Positions 18,462-28,968 are shown, numbered from the stretch's first letter. The stretch is DNA of 64,000 nt from Candidatus Latescibacterota bacterium (GCA_965219455.1 OZ244744.1:3776001-3840000), one strand, 5' to 3'. A program made the numbers and translations. The notes: generated from the sequence alone by a model not told the origin.

Positions 18462-21400
18462 ATGGAGTCGCCAGCAGTGAGTCACAAGATCCCACGACTG
18501 GTTCCATGTTTGCTGGCTTTCTGGGCCGTCCTTCTGTTTGTGGCGCCCGAGGCCGTGGCATCCACGGTTTCCTACGACAGCGATGGGGACGGCCTGATCG
18601 AGATCAGCACCCTGGCGCAATTGAACGCCGTCCGCTGGGACCTGGACGGCGACGGCGCCGTGGACAACAACGCAAACGCGGTCGTCTATTCCTCCGCCTT
18701 TCCCAACGCCGTAGCGGGCATGGGCTGTCCCACCACGACGGACGATGCCGACGATAATGACTGCACCGGGTACGAGTTGGCCGGGAATCTGGACTTCGAC
18801 ACGGACGGGGATGGCGACGTGGATGTGGCAGACGAATACTGGAACAGCGGCGTTGGCTGGGCGCCCATCGGGGGCTACGCGGCCGCGTTCGAGGGCAACG
18901 TGCACACCATCGCCAACCTGTACATCAATCGTTCCTCTGGCAGCATCGGGTTGTTCGGGAGCGTCAGCGCCGGCGGGCAGGTACGGAACGTGGGGGTTCG
19001 CGATCTGGCTGTGACGGGCTCCGGTGAAAGCTGGGCGGTCGGCGGTCTGGTGGGACTCAATCAGGGCAGCATTGTCTCGAGCTATGCGACCGGTTCCGTG
19101 AGGAGCTGGGGCGGTGGGTCGGTCGGGGGACTGGTGGGGCACAATGGCCGCCACCGCAGCACAGGCAGCATCGTCTCCAGCTATACGACCACTATGGTGA
19201 CGGCCTCGGGCGAAAGCCGGTCCGCGGGTGGGCTGGTGGGGTTCAACGGCGGCTCTGGGGACTCCCGCGGCAGCATCGTCTCCAGCTACGCGACCGGTGC
19301 GGTGACGGCCTTGGGCGAAAGCCGGTCCGCCGGTGGGCTGGTGGGGTTCAACGGCGGCTCTGGGGACTCCCGCGGCAGCATCGTCTCCAGCTATGCGACC
19401 GGTGCGGTGACGGCCCCGGGCACCAACAGCGACGTGGGCGGGCTGGTGGGGTTCAACGGCGGCTCTGGGGACTCCCGCGGCAGCATCGTCTCCAGCTATG
19501 CGACCGGTTCGGTGACGGCCCCGGGCACCAACAGCGACGTGGGCGGGCTGGTGGGGTTCAACGGCGGTTCCGGCTGCAGCATAGGCAGCATCGTCTCCAG
19601 CTATGCGACCGGTTCGGTGGCGGCCCCGGGCACCAACAGCGACGTGGGCGGGCTGGTGGGGTTCAACGGCGGCGGCAGCCTCAGCAGATGCAGGGACAGC
19701 AGCCGAGGCACCATCGTCGACAGCTATTGGAATACCGAGACCTCCGGGCAGGCATCGAGCGGCGGCGACGCCATCGGCAAGACGACCGTGGAGCTGCAGA
19801 CGCCCACCGGGTACTCTGGCATCTTTGCCAACTGGAACAGGGATCTGGACGGTGACGGCACGGCCGACGATCCCTGGGATTTCGGGACTGCCTCCGAGTA
19901 CCCCGTGGTGCGAGTGGACTTCGACGGCGATGGAGACGTTGACGCGGACGACGTAGACCCGCAACGGCTGATCTCCTCGCCTCCGGCCTCGATTCCGGTC
20001 TCTACAGTTTCCTACGACACCGACGGAGACGGCCTGATCGAGATCAGCACCCTGGCGCAGTTGAACGCCATCCGTTGGGACCTGGACGGCGACGGCGCCG
20101 TGGACAATGGCACGAACAGAGTCGCCTACACCACCGCTTTCTCCGATGCAGCGTCGAGCATGGGTTGCGCCCTAGCCGACCACGACGGGCATTCCGCTAC
20201 ACCCGACGTACCCGTCTGTACGGGGTATGAGTTGAATGCCGACCTGGACTTCGATACCGACGGCGATGGCGACGTGGATGCGACCGACGCCTACTGGAAC
20301 AGAAGCAGGGGCTGGGAACCCATCGGGAGTTTCGACAACGAATTCATCGCTACGTTCGACGGGAATGTTCACACGATCTCCCATTTGTACATCAGTCGAT
20401 CCTCCAGTCGGATCGGACTGTTCGGGGTTGTTGGAAACGGCGGGCGCATAAGGGACCTTGGGGTTGTAGACGTCGATGTGAAAGGCTCGAGCCGGGGAGG
20501 CATTGTCGGTGGGCTGGCGGGGAAGAACGCCGGCATCATCACCGGGAGCCACGTAACGGGTTCGGTAACAAGCACGGGGGACGGTAGCGACGAAGTTGGG
20601 GGACTGGCGGGGCGGAACAACGGGAGCATCGTCGCCAGCTATGCGGCTGCGACGGTGACGGGTCCGGGTTCAAGCTTCCGCAGCCGTGTCGGCGGGTTGG
20701 CGGGGTATAACTACGGCAGCATCCGTGCCAGCTACGCGTCTGGTACGGTGACTGGTACGGGCAACCAGTCGTATGTCGGCGGGCTTGTGGGGCTGCACAA
20801 CGGCGGCAGCATCCGGGTCTGCTATGCGACGGGGTCGGTGAACGGGAACAGCATCGTTGGCGGGCTTGTGGGGCAGAACGACGTCAGCATATGGGCCAGC
20901 TTTGCGACGGGATCGGTAACCGGTAATGACTATGTCGGCGGGTTGGTGGGGTATAACCAATCGGGCTACATCCGGGCCGGCTATGCGACGGGATGGGTGA
21001 CGGGGACCGGAAGCAACGTCGGCGGGCTGGTGGGCCGGAACCAGGGCAGCGGCGTCAGCAACAGCTATTGGAATACCACGACCTCCGGGCGGGTATCGAG
21101 CGCCGCGGGGGAGGGCAAGACGACTGCGGAACTTCAAGCGCCGAGCGGGTACGCCGGCATCTACGCGAGTTGGGACCTGGATCTGGACAACGCGGACGGT
21201 GACCGAAATGCGACCACCGGCGGTGACGACCCCTGGGACTTCGGGACCGCCCAGCAGTACCCGGCGCTCCAGGCGGACTTCAACGGCGACGGGACAGCCA
21301 CGTGGCAGGAATTCGGAGAGCAGCGGCCAGACGCCGCCACGCCGACCGACGGCGGTTCTCCAGATGATGCGACGCTGAAGGCGCTGGGTGTCAGTCCTGT

Positions 21401-23633
21401 GGACATCGAGGGGTTTTCCGCCGATGTCCTTTCCTATCACATAGGCGTAGGCAACGAAGTCAGCCAGGTCACGGTTACGCCTTACTCGAATGACGACGGG
21501 GCAACCATTGACATCAATGGAAGCTCGGTCTCCAGCGGATCGGGCCATGCCGTTTCGCTCGCGGAAGGGAGTAACGAGATCACCATCACGGTTACCGCGC
21601 GAGACGGCACGACGACAAGAGAGTACACCATCACTGCGGACAGGGGATCCGACGCCGCGTTCGGCTGGAAGGTCACTGATGACTTTCAGGCGCGTCTCTC
21701 GTTTACAGAGCCCTACGGTATCTGGTCAAACGGCACGACCATGTGGGTGATGCACACATCGCTATTTTTCAGGGATCCAGGCGAGCATTCGAATTATACG
21801 ACGCTTCAAGCATATGGAATGTCCACGAAGGAGCAAGGGGTATCCTTCCATACTTTGAAGACCTGGGGAAACGACGATCCCCTGGGCATTGCATCAGATG
21901 GAACAACCATGTGGGTTGTAGATCACTACGATGGCAAGATATACGCCTACCGGATGTCCAACTACTCAAGGAATCTGTCCAAAGAAATCAACGGTCTGGC
22001 TCTCGCAGGAATTACCAAGCCGAGAGGCATAGCCGTAGAACCCGTCTTGGGCGGGTTCTGGGTCGCCGACGATACCAATGATAAATTATACGCCTACAAC
22101 CGGCACACCCTAAGGCGAATCCCCGATGCGGATTTCAACACACTCGCCGCCGCGGGGAATAACGACCCGACCGGCATATGGACGGACGGCACGACCATGT
22201 GGGTCGCTGATAGTCAGGACGCAAAGCTATATGCCTACGACAGGAGCTCCAAGGCTCGCGTTCCATCGAAAGACTTCAATACTCTGAGTACCGCGGGCAA
22301 TAAAAGGCCTTGGGGCATTTGGTCTGACGGCGAGACGATGTGGGTAGCCGATTATTGGGATAGGATATTCTCCTACAACATGCCCAACCGAACGGATGCC
22401 ACCCTGCGCGGGCTTACGGTCATTCCTGACAGCATCACGGGATTTTCCCCTGATGTCACGGCTTATCACGTGGGCGTCGGCAACGACGTGACTCAGGTCT
22501 GGGTCATGCCGACTCTTAACCTGTCAGGTGGCACAATCGACCTTGACGGGAGCAGCGTCGTCAGCGGCTCCGCGCATTCGGTCTCACTCTCAGAGGGGCG
22601 AAATGACGTCACCATCACAGTGACGGCCGATGATGGACGGACGACCCAGGAATATACAGTTACCGTTGGACGGAGCGTCAGCACCGACTTCGGGTGGAAC
22701 GGGGTGCAAGACTTCAACACGTTGAACGCCGCAGACAATGACTACCCCACCGGCCTGTGGTCTGATGGGACGACAATGTGGGTGGTCGACACAGACGATG
22801 ATAAGATTTACGCCTATAACCTGGAAACGAATGCGCCGGACGACGCAAAGGAAATCAACGTGCTGGACGCGGCGGGCAACACCAGTCCCCGTGGCGTCTG
22901 GTCGGACGGGACGACGATGTGGGTGGCGGATCCGACGGACGACAAGCTATATGCCTACAACCTGTCGACAGCGGCGCGAGATGCTGCGAAGGACTTTGGC
23001 GGGTTGGGCGCCGCGGGAAACGAATACCCCACGGGAATTTGGTCTGATGGTACGACGATGTGGGTGGCGGATACACAGGACGACAAGATCTTTGCCTATA
23101 GCGTGACAACGAAGGCGCGTGACACCAACAAGGACTTCAACAGTTTGAGCACCTCGAGCGGCGGCAACCGCACGCTCAATGGCCTCTGGTCGGACGGCGC
23201 CACGATGTGGGTCGTCGTCGACCGGGGCGTGCATGTCGCCAGCGACGACAAGATTTACGCTTATGACATGGCCACAAAGGTTCGTGATTCGACGAAGGAC
23301 TTCTCGGGTTTGACTGCTGCCGGAAACGAAGAACCCAGCGGTGTCTGGTCGGACGGAACTACATTGTGGGTGGCGAACTATGAGCGCCGTGCTTTCAATG
23401 ATGCGAATGAACGCATCAGACACTACAGTTCCAAGATCTATGCCTACAACATGCCGTCCGGCGCCGCACCGACACAAGCCACCGATTTCAACGGCGACGG
23501 GAAGACGGATTTCGTCGACTTCTTCCTCTTTGCCGACGCCTTCGGTGGTACAGACGCAAGTTTCGATCTTGATGGCAATGGCCGTGTGGACTTTGCTGAC
23601 TTCTTCAAGTTTGTGGATGCGTTCGGGTCGTGA
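18462..23633 (+). CDS. Secreted protein: 2x GLUG-repeat modules + 2x (cadherin-like sandwich + five-repeat GIWSDG propeller) + dockerin-like (class A)
   Basis: Signal peptide; duplicated YDxDGDGLIEISTLAQLNAxRWDLDGDG cap; VGGLVGxN GLUG repeats; DATL...G.NEITITVTAxDG.TT.EYT sandwich; GIWSDGTTMWVAD repeats; terminal EF-hand pair. Confidence 0.85.
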   Translation: MESPAVSHKIPRLVPCLLAFWAVLLFVAPEAVASTVSYDSDGDGLIEISTLAQLNAVRWDLDGDGAVDNNANAVVYSSAFPNAVAGMGCPTTTDDADDNDCTGYELAGNLDFDTDGDGDVDVADEYWNSGVGWAPIGGYAAAFEGNVHTIANLYINRSSGSIGLFGSVSAGGQVRNVGVRDLAVTGSGESWAVGGLVGLNQGSIVSSYATGSVRSWGGGSVGGLVGHNGRHRSTGSIVSSYTTTMVTASGESRSAGGLVGFNGGSGDSRGSIVSSYATGAVTALGESRSAGGLVGFNGGSGDSRGSIVSSYATGAVTAPGTNSDVGGLVGFNGGSGDSRGSIVSSYATGSVTAPGTNSDVGGLVGFNGGSGCSIGSIVSSYATGSVAAPGTNSDVGGLVGFNGGGSLSRCRDSSRGTIVDSYWNTETSGQASSGGDAIGKTTVELQTPTGYSGIFANWNRDLDGDGTADDPWDFGTASEYPVVRVDFDGDGDVDADDVDPQRLISSPPASIPVSTVSYDTDGDGLIEISTLAQLNAIRWDLDGDGAVDNGTNRVAYTTAFSDAASSMGCALADHDGHSATPDVPVCTGYELNADLDFDTDGDGDVDATDAYWNRSRGWEPIGSFDNEFIATFDGNVHTISHLYISRSSSRIGLFGVVGNGGRIRDLGVVDVDVKGSSRGGIVGGLAGKNAGIITGSHVTGSVTSTGDGSDEVGGLAGRNNGSIVASYAAATVTGPGSSFRSRVGGLAGYNYGSIRASYASGTVTGTGNQSYVGGLVGLHNGGSIRVCYATGSVNGNSIVGGLVGQNDVSIWASFATGSVTGNDYVGGLVGYNQSGYIRAGYATGWVTGTGSNVGGLVGRNQGSGVSNSYWNTTTSGRVSSAAGEGKTTAELQAPSGYAGIYASWDLDLDNADGDRNATTGGDDPWDFGTAQQYPALQADFNGDGTATWQEFGEQRPDAATPTDGGSPDDATLKALGVSPVDIEGFSADVLSYHIGVGNEVSQVTVTPYSNDDGATIDINGSSVSSGSGHAVSLAEGSNEITITVTARDGTTTREYTITADRGSDAAFGWKVTDDFQARLSFTEPYGIWSNGTTMWVMHTSLFFRDPGEHSNYTTLQAYGMSTKEQGVSFHTLKTWGNDDPLGIASDGTTMWVVDHYDGKIYAYRMSNYSRNLSKEINGLALAGITKPRGIAVEPVLGGFWVADDTNDKLYAYNRHTLRRIPDADFNTLAAAGNNDPTGIWTDGTTMWVADSQDAKLYAYDRSSKARVPSKDFNTLSTAGNKRPWGIWSDGETMWVADYWDRIFSYNMPNRTDATLRGLTVIPDSITGFSPDVTAYHVGVGNDVTQVWVMPTLNLSGGTIDLDGSSVVSGSAHSVSLSEGRNDVTITVTADDGRTTQEYTVTVGRSVSTDFGWNGVQDFNTLNAADNDYPTGLWSDGTTMWVVDTDDDKIYAYNLETNAPDDAKEINVLDAAGNTSPRGVWSDGTTMWVADPTDDKLYAYNLSTAARDAAKDFGGLGAAGNEYPTGIWSDGTTMWVADTQDDKIFAYSVTTKARDTNKDFNSLSTSSGGNRTLNGLWSDGATMWVVVDRGVHVASDDKIYAYDMATKVRDSTKDFSGLTAAGNEEPSGVWSDGTTLWVANYERRAFNDANERIRHYSSKIYAYNMPSGAAPTQATDFNGDGKTDFVDFFLFADAFGGTDASFDLDGNGRVDFADFFKFVDAFGS
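19180..19680 (+). repeat. Tandem 105-bp (35-aa) GLUG repeat expansion
   Basis: Near-identical GGLVGFNGGSGDSRGSIVSSYATG units starting at 19230, 19335, 19440, 19545 and 19650. Confidence 0.85.
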
Positions 23634-23657
23634 TTACAGGTAGATTCGTCGGAGGGA

Positions 23658-25037
23658 ATGACAAATGATCTTTGGTGTCCAGCGATGAAGGAAATTGTCC
23701 GCCAGCGACGAAATATCGTTCTGACTCTCGCCATGATGTTGGGAACAATCGCCTATTTGGCTGAGGGCAGCGGTGGCGAGGATGGAAACGTGCGCGAGTT
23801 GCAGAAGATGACCCTGGCCGCGTGCTGCGACCGGAACTCCGGCAAAGACTTCAATACACTCGGCGATGCCGGAAACGATGAGCCGGAGGGGATCTGGTCC
23901 AATGGGACCACGATGTGGGTGGCGGACGACCAGTTCGGGGGCGACGAGAAGATTTATGCGTACGCCAGGGCGACCGGGGCTCGGGATCCGGACGAAGACT
24001 TCAATACGCTGGATGATGCCGGAAACGGGGAGCCGGAGGGGATCTGGTCGGACGGGACGACGATGTGGGTGGCGGACGACCCGTGGTTTGGCGAGAAGAT
24101 TTATGCGTATACGCTGGCGACGAAAGCCCGGGACCCCGACAAGGACATCAATTCGCTGGAATATGCCGGAAACGACAACCCGGAGGGGATCTGGTCCGAT
24201 GGGACGACAATGTGGGTCGCGGACATGTCTGACGAGAAGATTTACGCGTACACTATGGCTAACGGGGCTCGGGTTTCCGGCAAAGACATCAATTCGCTGG
24301 ATGACGTTGGAAACGACGAGCCGACGGGCATCTGGTCGGACGGAACAACGATGTGGGTGGCGGACAACGTTGACGCAAAAATCTACGCCTACGGCATGAC
24401 CTCCGGGGCCCGGGACCGCGACAAAGAAATCGACACGCTGGCCGACGCCGGAAACGGATCCCCGACGGGCATCTGGTCGGACGGGACGACGATGTGGGTG
24501 GCAGACGACTTTGATCACAAACTCTATGCCTACGATATGCCGGCCCGAAATACCGCCACGCCGGCCGCGCCCGCCATTCTCTCGTTGACGGCCGGAACTC
24601 GCTCGTTCACCATAACGTGGACGGCGCCATCGAGCACGGGCGGCTCTGCCGTCACCGCCTACGATCTGCGCTACATCCGCAGCGACGCCCCCGACAAGGC
24701 CGACGCGAATTGGACCGTGATGGAGGACGTCTGGACGACCGGTTCCGGTTCGCTGAGCCACGCGTTGACCGGCCTCGACGGCGGCGAGCGATACGACGTG
24801 CAGGTGCGTTCGGTCAGCGGCGCCAGTGAAAGCCCGTGGTCGGCGGTGCGAACCGTAATGACCCTGGTTCAAGGTCCAGCGTCGACGGATTTCAATGGCG
24901 ATGGGCAGACCGACTTTATCGATTTCTTCCTCTTCGCCGACGCCTTCGGCGGTACCGATGCCCGCTTCGACCTCGACGGCAACGGCAGGGTGGATTTCGC
25001 CGACTTCTTCAGGTTTGTCGACGCGTTCGGAACGTAA
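23658..25037 (+). CDS. Secreted five-repeat GIWSDG propeller + FN3 + dockerin-like (class A)
   Basis: Five GIWSxGTTMWVAD repeats; FN3 (WTAP...YDLRY...LTGL...YDVQVR); terminal EF-hand pair. The start could instead be ATG23685. Confidence 0.85.
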   Translation: MTNDLWCPAMKEIVRQRRNIVLTLAMMLGTIAYLAEGSGGEDGNVRELQKMTLAACCDRNSGKDFNTLGDAGNDEPEGIWSNGTTMWVADDQFGGDEKIYAYARATGARDPDEDFNTLDDAGNGEPEGIWSDGTTMWVADDPWFGEKIYAYTLATKARDPDKDINSLEYAGNDNPEGIWSDGTTMWVADMSDEKIYAYTMANGARVSGKDINSLDDVGNDEPTGIWSDGTTMWVADNVDAKIYAYGMTSGARDRDKEIDTLADAGNGSPTGIWSDGTTMWVADDFDHKLYAYDMPARNTATPAAPAILSLTAGTRSFTITWTAPSSTGGSAVTAYDLRYIRSDAPDKADANWTVMEDVWTTGSGSLSHALTGLDGGERYDVQVRSVSGASESPWSAVRTVMTLVQGPASTDFNGDGQTDFIDFFLFADAFGGTDARFDLDGNGRVDFADFFRFVDAFGT

Positions 25038-25114
25038 ATGCACCACACAGCCCTTTGCCAGGCTCACGACAAGCGCTAAGGCGGCGGCATCCGCGGAGAG
25101 TCAGGCGTCCACTC

Positions 25115-25182
25115 GACGGTTTAATCACTCCCCCCTTGAGGGGGAGTCGCGGAAGCCGAGCCCGTTCCCTGAGCTTGTCGAA
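25115..25182. repeat. Truncated copy of the composite palindromic intergenic element
   Basis: aatcactccccccttgagggggagtcgcggaagccgagccc followed by ccctgagcttgtcgaa; matches the copies at 29080 and 37171. Confidence 0.8.
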
Positions 25183-25305
25183 ACGCCGTTATTGAGCTAG
25201 CCAAAATGCGTCCCACACACGTGCGCGTACAATGGTCTGCTGAAAAAGCCGCCACACTGCCCGTTATTCATTGAAAAGAATCTGAGTCACTCTCCGGAGG
25301 AAAAT

Positions 25306-26367
25306 ATGCTGCGCTCAATGGTGGTCGCGTTCCTGGCCGCGTGTGTATTGACCGCACCCGTTTCCGCACAGGAAACGGAATCGGTTCGCGGTTTTGAGAT
25401 TGGAACGCTATTCGGACTCACCCATCATTCCGCCGACGGCGAAGGGTCCACGGTGATTGGCCTGCCAAGTTCTCCGACGTTAGGCATCCCGGGTATCCCT
25501 TCGCTCTACGTATCGTGGTTTCCGGTTGCAAACGTGTCGGTCGGTTCGGAGTTCAGTATCGGGCGGACCGCCGGAGACAGATATGGAATCACATCGCTTT
25601 ACTTTGGGGGGCGAGGCACAATCTTTCCGCTGGGACTTTCAAGATCCGGTCTCTACGTGCTGTGCCATGGCGCCCTGCGGCATTTTGATCTTCGTGAACG
25701 CCCTTCAGTGACTGACTTTGCGGCAGGCGGGGGTCTGGGATATCGATGGCGCCTGGGACCGGCTTTCGTATTCCGTGCGGAGGGACGCTATCGGCGATGG
25801 TTCGATGACGGCGTCAACGACTTCTCGCTCCTCGTCGGATTGGGCGCAAGGGCAGGCCCTCGCGATGATGAAAGGAATGACGCCGCCGCCGAATACGAAA
25901 TAGGAACGCGATTCGGGATTTCGCGTATCTCCTCCGACGACGACAGTATCGTCATGATGGCCGTGCCGGGTTCCCCCACGTCCGGGGTGCTTGGAAATCC
26001 ATCGCTCTACGTCTCCTGGTTTCCGGGCGCCAATTTGTCCGTCGGACCCGAAATCAACGTCGGGCGGAGTTCCGGCAGCGCGGTTGGGACCACGTCCCTC
26101 AATCTTGGGGGGCGCGGCTTGTTCACCCTGCAAAACAATGCCGTCTCCGGGCCGTATCTGCTGTGCAACGGCGCGGTTCTGGTTCTCGACGTGGACGAGC
26201 GGGAGGCTGAGGCCGATTTTTCCGCTGGCGGCGGCGTGGGTTATCAGGTGTACCTGGGACCTGCTTTCGTCGCTCGCGCGGAAGGACAGTATCGGCGCTG
26301 GTTTGACGACGAAGTCAATGACTTCTCGTTCCTGATCGGACTTGGCGCCAGGCTTGGCGGCAGGTAG
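25306..26367 (+). CDS. Outer-membrane beta-barrel protein with an internal tandem duplication
   Basis: GGAGG RBS; signal peptide; two halves, each EIGTxFG...PSLYVSWFP...GPAFVxRAEGxYRRWFDD.VNDFSxLxGLGAR. Confidence 0.8.
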   Translation: MLRSMVVAFLAACVLTAPVSAQETESVRGFEIGTLFGLTHHSADGEGSTVIGLPSSPTLGIPGIPSLYVSWFPVANVSVGSEFSIGRTAGDRYGITSLYFGGRGTIFPLGLSRSGLYVLCHGALRHFDLRERPSVTDFAAGGGLGYRWRLGPAFVFRAEGRYRRWFDDGVNDFSLLVGLGARAGPRDDERNDAAAEYEIGTRFGISRISSDDDSIVMMAVPGSPTSGVLGNPSLYVSWFPGANLSVGPEINVGRSSGSAVGTTSLNLGGRGLFTLQNNAVSGPYLLCNGAVLVLDVDEREAEADFSAGGGVGYQVYLGPAFVARAEGQYRRWFDDEVNDFSFLIGLGARLGGR

Positions 26368-26432
26368 AAAAATGTACTCATGGGATCAAGTTGCGGCGGG
26401 TTTCGGCCCACACGTGGGGAGTGTGTGGGAAG

Positions 26433-26457
26433 GTGGGGCAGACATTCTTGTCTGCCC
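26433..26457. repeat. REP-like hairpin GTGG-GGCAGACA-ttct-TGTCTGCC
   Basis: Perfect 9-bp stem preceded by a GTGG/GTAG-type tetramer; a second inverted GTAG-type remnant ends at ~26562. Confidence 0.65.
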
Positions 26458-26640
26458 GCCTCGCTGTCCTTGTACCGAATAACTGCTCGGCCGGACCATC
26501 AGACCTGTGAGATCCTTACGCGGTCCTGGCACGGCACGCGGTCCAAGGACGCCACGCCCTACCCTTGATCCTTTATCATTTGCATAAACCCCTGGACAGG
26601 TTGCATGGACGAAAACAGAATCCATTAAAGGGACTTCTCA

Positions 26641-28968
26641 ATGAAAAACACAATGCTCAATCGAAAACTCACGGTTTCCATTCTCACTGTGTTGCTGGTG
26701 ATATGCGCGGTACCCGGTGCCGGTCATGGCTTCTTCGATGATCTCTTCGGTGTTATCGGAGACGTTGTCGAGACCATCGCCACTGTCGCCACGACCGTCG
26801 TAGACGTCGCGGTCGCAGTTGTGGACGTCGCCGTCGGGGTCGTGGAGGTCGCGGTCGGGGTCGTCGATCTCACGGTCAGCCTCGCGTTGACGTTAGTGGG
26901 GCATACGGGTTGCGTGCTGGCCACCGCCTTCGACCCGTACGGGGCGACGCTGGCAAGCGGCGGTTGCGACTATGACGTACTCCTGTGGGATATCTTCACC
27001 GGCGGGATCATTCTTACTCTGCGACACGTATCCGCGGTATTGAGTCTGGCGTTTTGCGCCGTCGACGGCTGTGTGCTGGCCAGCGGAACGGAAAATGGAC
27101 TGCTGAATCTGTGGATCCCGGAAACCGGGGAACTCAAGACAACCCTCACCGGGCATACCGGCGCTGTCCTTGGCACGGCATTCAGCCCGGTCGATCATCA
27201 CGTCCTCGCCAGCGGGAGCGCCGATTGGACTGTTCGGCTATGGAATACGGAGACCGGCCTGCACACCAGGACCCTGGAAGGGCATACGGACAGCGTCTCG
27301 AGTCTCGCGTTCCGTCTGGACGGCGAAGTGCTTGCCAGCGGCAGCGCGGACGGGACCATCAGGTTATGGGATGCGGAAACGGGCGCCCACCAGCGCACTT
27401 TGAGCGGGCATACGGGGACCATTACGAGCCTGGCATTCAGTTTCGACGGCAGTGTAATTGCCAGTGGGAGCACGGACGGCACCGTGCGGGTGTGGAAGTC
27501 CGAGGACGGTGAACATCTGGGGACGCTCAATCACAATTCGCCTGTCCTCAGTGTGGCGTTCGCCGCGGGCGACAGCCTCTTCGCCAGTGGGGGCGCCGAT
27601 GGGGTAGCGCGGCTGTGGGACCCGCTCACGTGGAAAGTCAAGGCGACGCTTGGACATGAATCTCCCGTCCGCAGTGTGTCCTTCAGTCCGGATGGCCGCT
27701 TTCTCGTCACCGGCGCCGACGACGGAGACGTGCGAAAATGGGAGCTCACGTCCGTTGGCGTTCGATTCACGCGGGACCCTGCAAATGATTTCGCCAGCCT
27801 TCGCCCGGCCCGAAACACGTCCCCCGCGGGCATCTGGTCTGACGGAACGACGATGTGGGTGGCTGACCAGCATGACGAAAAGCTGTACGCGTACGATATG
27901 ACCTCCAGGGACCGTGACCGTTCCAGGGACTTTGACGCGCTGGACCCGGCCGGAAACGATTCGCCCGCGGGCATCTGGTCGGACGGGGTGACAATGTGGG
28001 TGGTGGACAACCGTGACAGGAAACTGTACGCCTACGACGTGGCCTCACGTACCCGCGACCCTTCCAGGGACTTTGACACGCTGGATCGGTCAGGAAACGA
28101 CGATCCAGCGGGCATCTGGTCGGATGGTACGACGATGTGGGTGGCAGACTTTTCCGACGGGAAATTGTATGCATACGACATGATTTCCAGGGCCCGGGAT
28201 CCCGCGCGGGAGTTCATCACGCTCGGTAGTGCCGGAAATGCCAGACCGATCGGCATCTGGTCGGACGGGACTGCAATGTGGGTCGTGGATTGGTACGATG
28301 AGAAGCTGTACGCCTACGATGCGACGTCGAAGGCACATGACGCGGTCAAAGACATTGAAACACTGGTTGGCGCCGGAAACACTGAGCCTCGAGGCATCTG
28401 GTCGGACGGGATGACCATGTGGGTGGCCGACTTCGACGACGTTAAGCTCTACGCCTACGAAATGCAGACCGGTTCCGCTTCCGTGGGCACGCCGACCCTA
28501 GGTGCGCCGGTTATCCGTTCCGTGATGCCGGGACCGGGCTCTGTCACGGTGGCCTGGGCCGCCCCCGCCGGCGACGCCACCGTCACAGCCTACGACCTGC
28601 GCTACATCCGCAGCGACGCCCCGGACAAGGCCGACGCGAACTGGACCGTCGTGGAGGACGTGTGGACGACGGGATCCGTATCGTTGAGCCACGAATTGAC
28701 CGGCCTGATAGGCGGTACGGAGTACGAGGTGCAGGTGCGGGCTGTTACCGGTTCCCGCGAAAGCCCCTGGTCGGCCGTCGGCGCCTCAACCCCTGTGACG
28801 CAAGGGCACGCTGCAACCGATTTTAATGGCGACGGGCGGACCGATTTTGTCGATTTCTTCCTCTTTGCGGATGCGTACGGCGGAACGGACCCGCGCTTTG
28901 ACCTGGATGGGAACGGGGTCGTGGACTTCGCGGACTTCTTCAAGTTTGTGGATGCCTTCGGCGCGTAG
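26641..28968 (+). CDS. Secreted WD40 propeller + five-repeat GIWSDG propeller + FN3 + dockerin-like (class A)
   Basis: Signal peptide; Val-rich heptad segment; GHT..V.SLAF...LASG.ADG.VRLW repeats; GIWSDG x5; FN3 nearly identical to that of the 23658 gene; terminal EF-hand pair. Confidence 0.87.
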   Translation: MKNTMLNRKLTVSILTVLLVICAVPGAGHGFFDDLFGVIGDVVETIATVATTVVDVAVAVVDVAVGVVEVAVGVVDLTVSLALTLVGHTGCVLATAFDPYGATLASGGCDYDVLLWDIFTGGIILTLRHVSAVLSLAFCAVDGCVLASGTENGLLNLWIPETGELKTTLTGHTGAVLGTAFSPVDHHVLASGSADWTVRLWNTETGLHTRTLEGHTDSVSSLAFRLDGEVLASGSADGTIRLWDAETGAHQRTLSGHTGTITSLAFSFDGSVIASGSTDGTVRVWKSEDGEHLGTLNHNSPVLSVAFAAGDSLFASGGADGVARLWDPLTWKVKATLGHESPVRSVSFSPDGRFLVTGADDGDVRKWELTSVGVRFTRDPANDFASLRPARNTSPAGIWSDGTTMWVADQHDEKLYAYDMTSRDRDRSRDFDALDPAGNDSPAGIWSDGVTMWVVDNRDRKLYAYDVASRTRDPSRDFDTLDRSGNDDPAGIWSDGTTMWVADFSDGKLYAYDMISRARDPAREFITLGSAGNARPIGIWSDGTAMWVVDWYDEKLYAYDATSKAHDAVKDIETLVGAGNTEPRGIWSDGMTMWVADFDDVKLYAYEMQTGSASVGTPTLGAPVIRSVMPGPGSVTVAWAAPAGDATVTAYDLRYIRSDAPDKADANWTVVEDVWTTGSVSLSHELTGLIGGTEYEVQVRAVTGSRESPWSAVGASTPVTQGHAATDFNGDGRTDFVDFFLFADAYGGTDPRFDLDGNGVVDFADFFKFVDAFGA

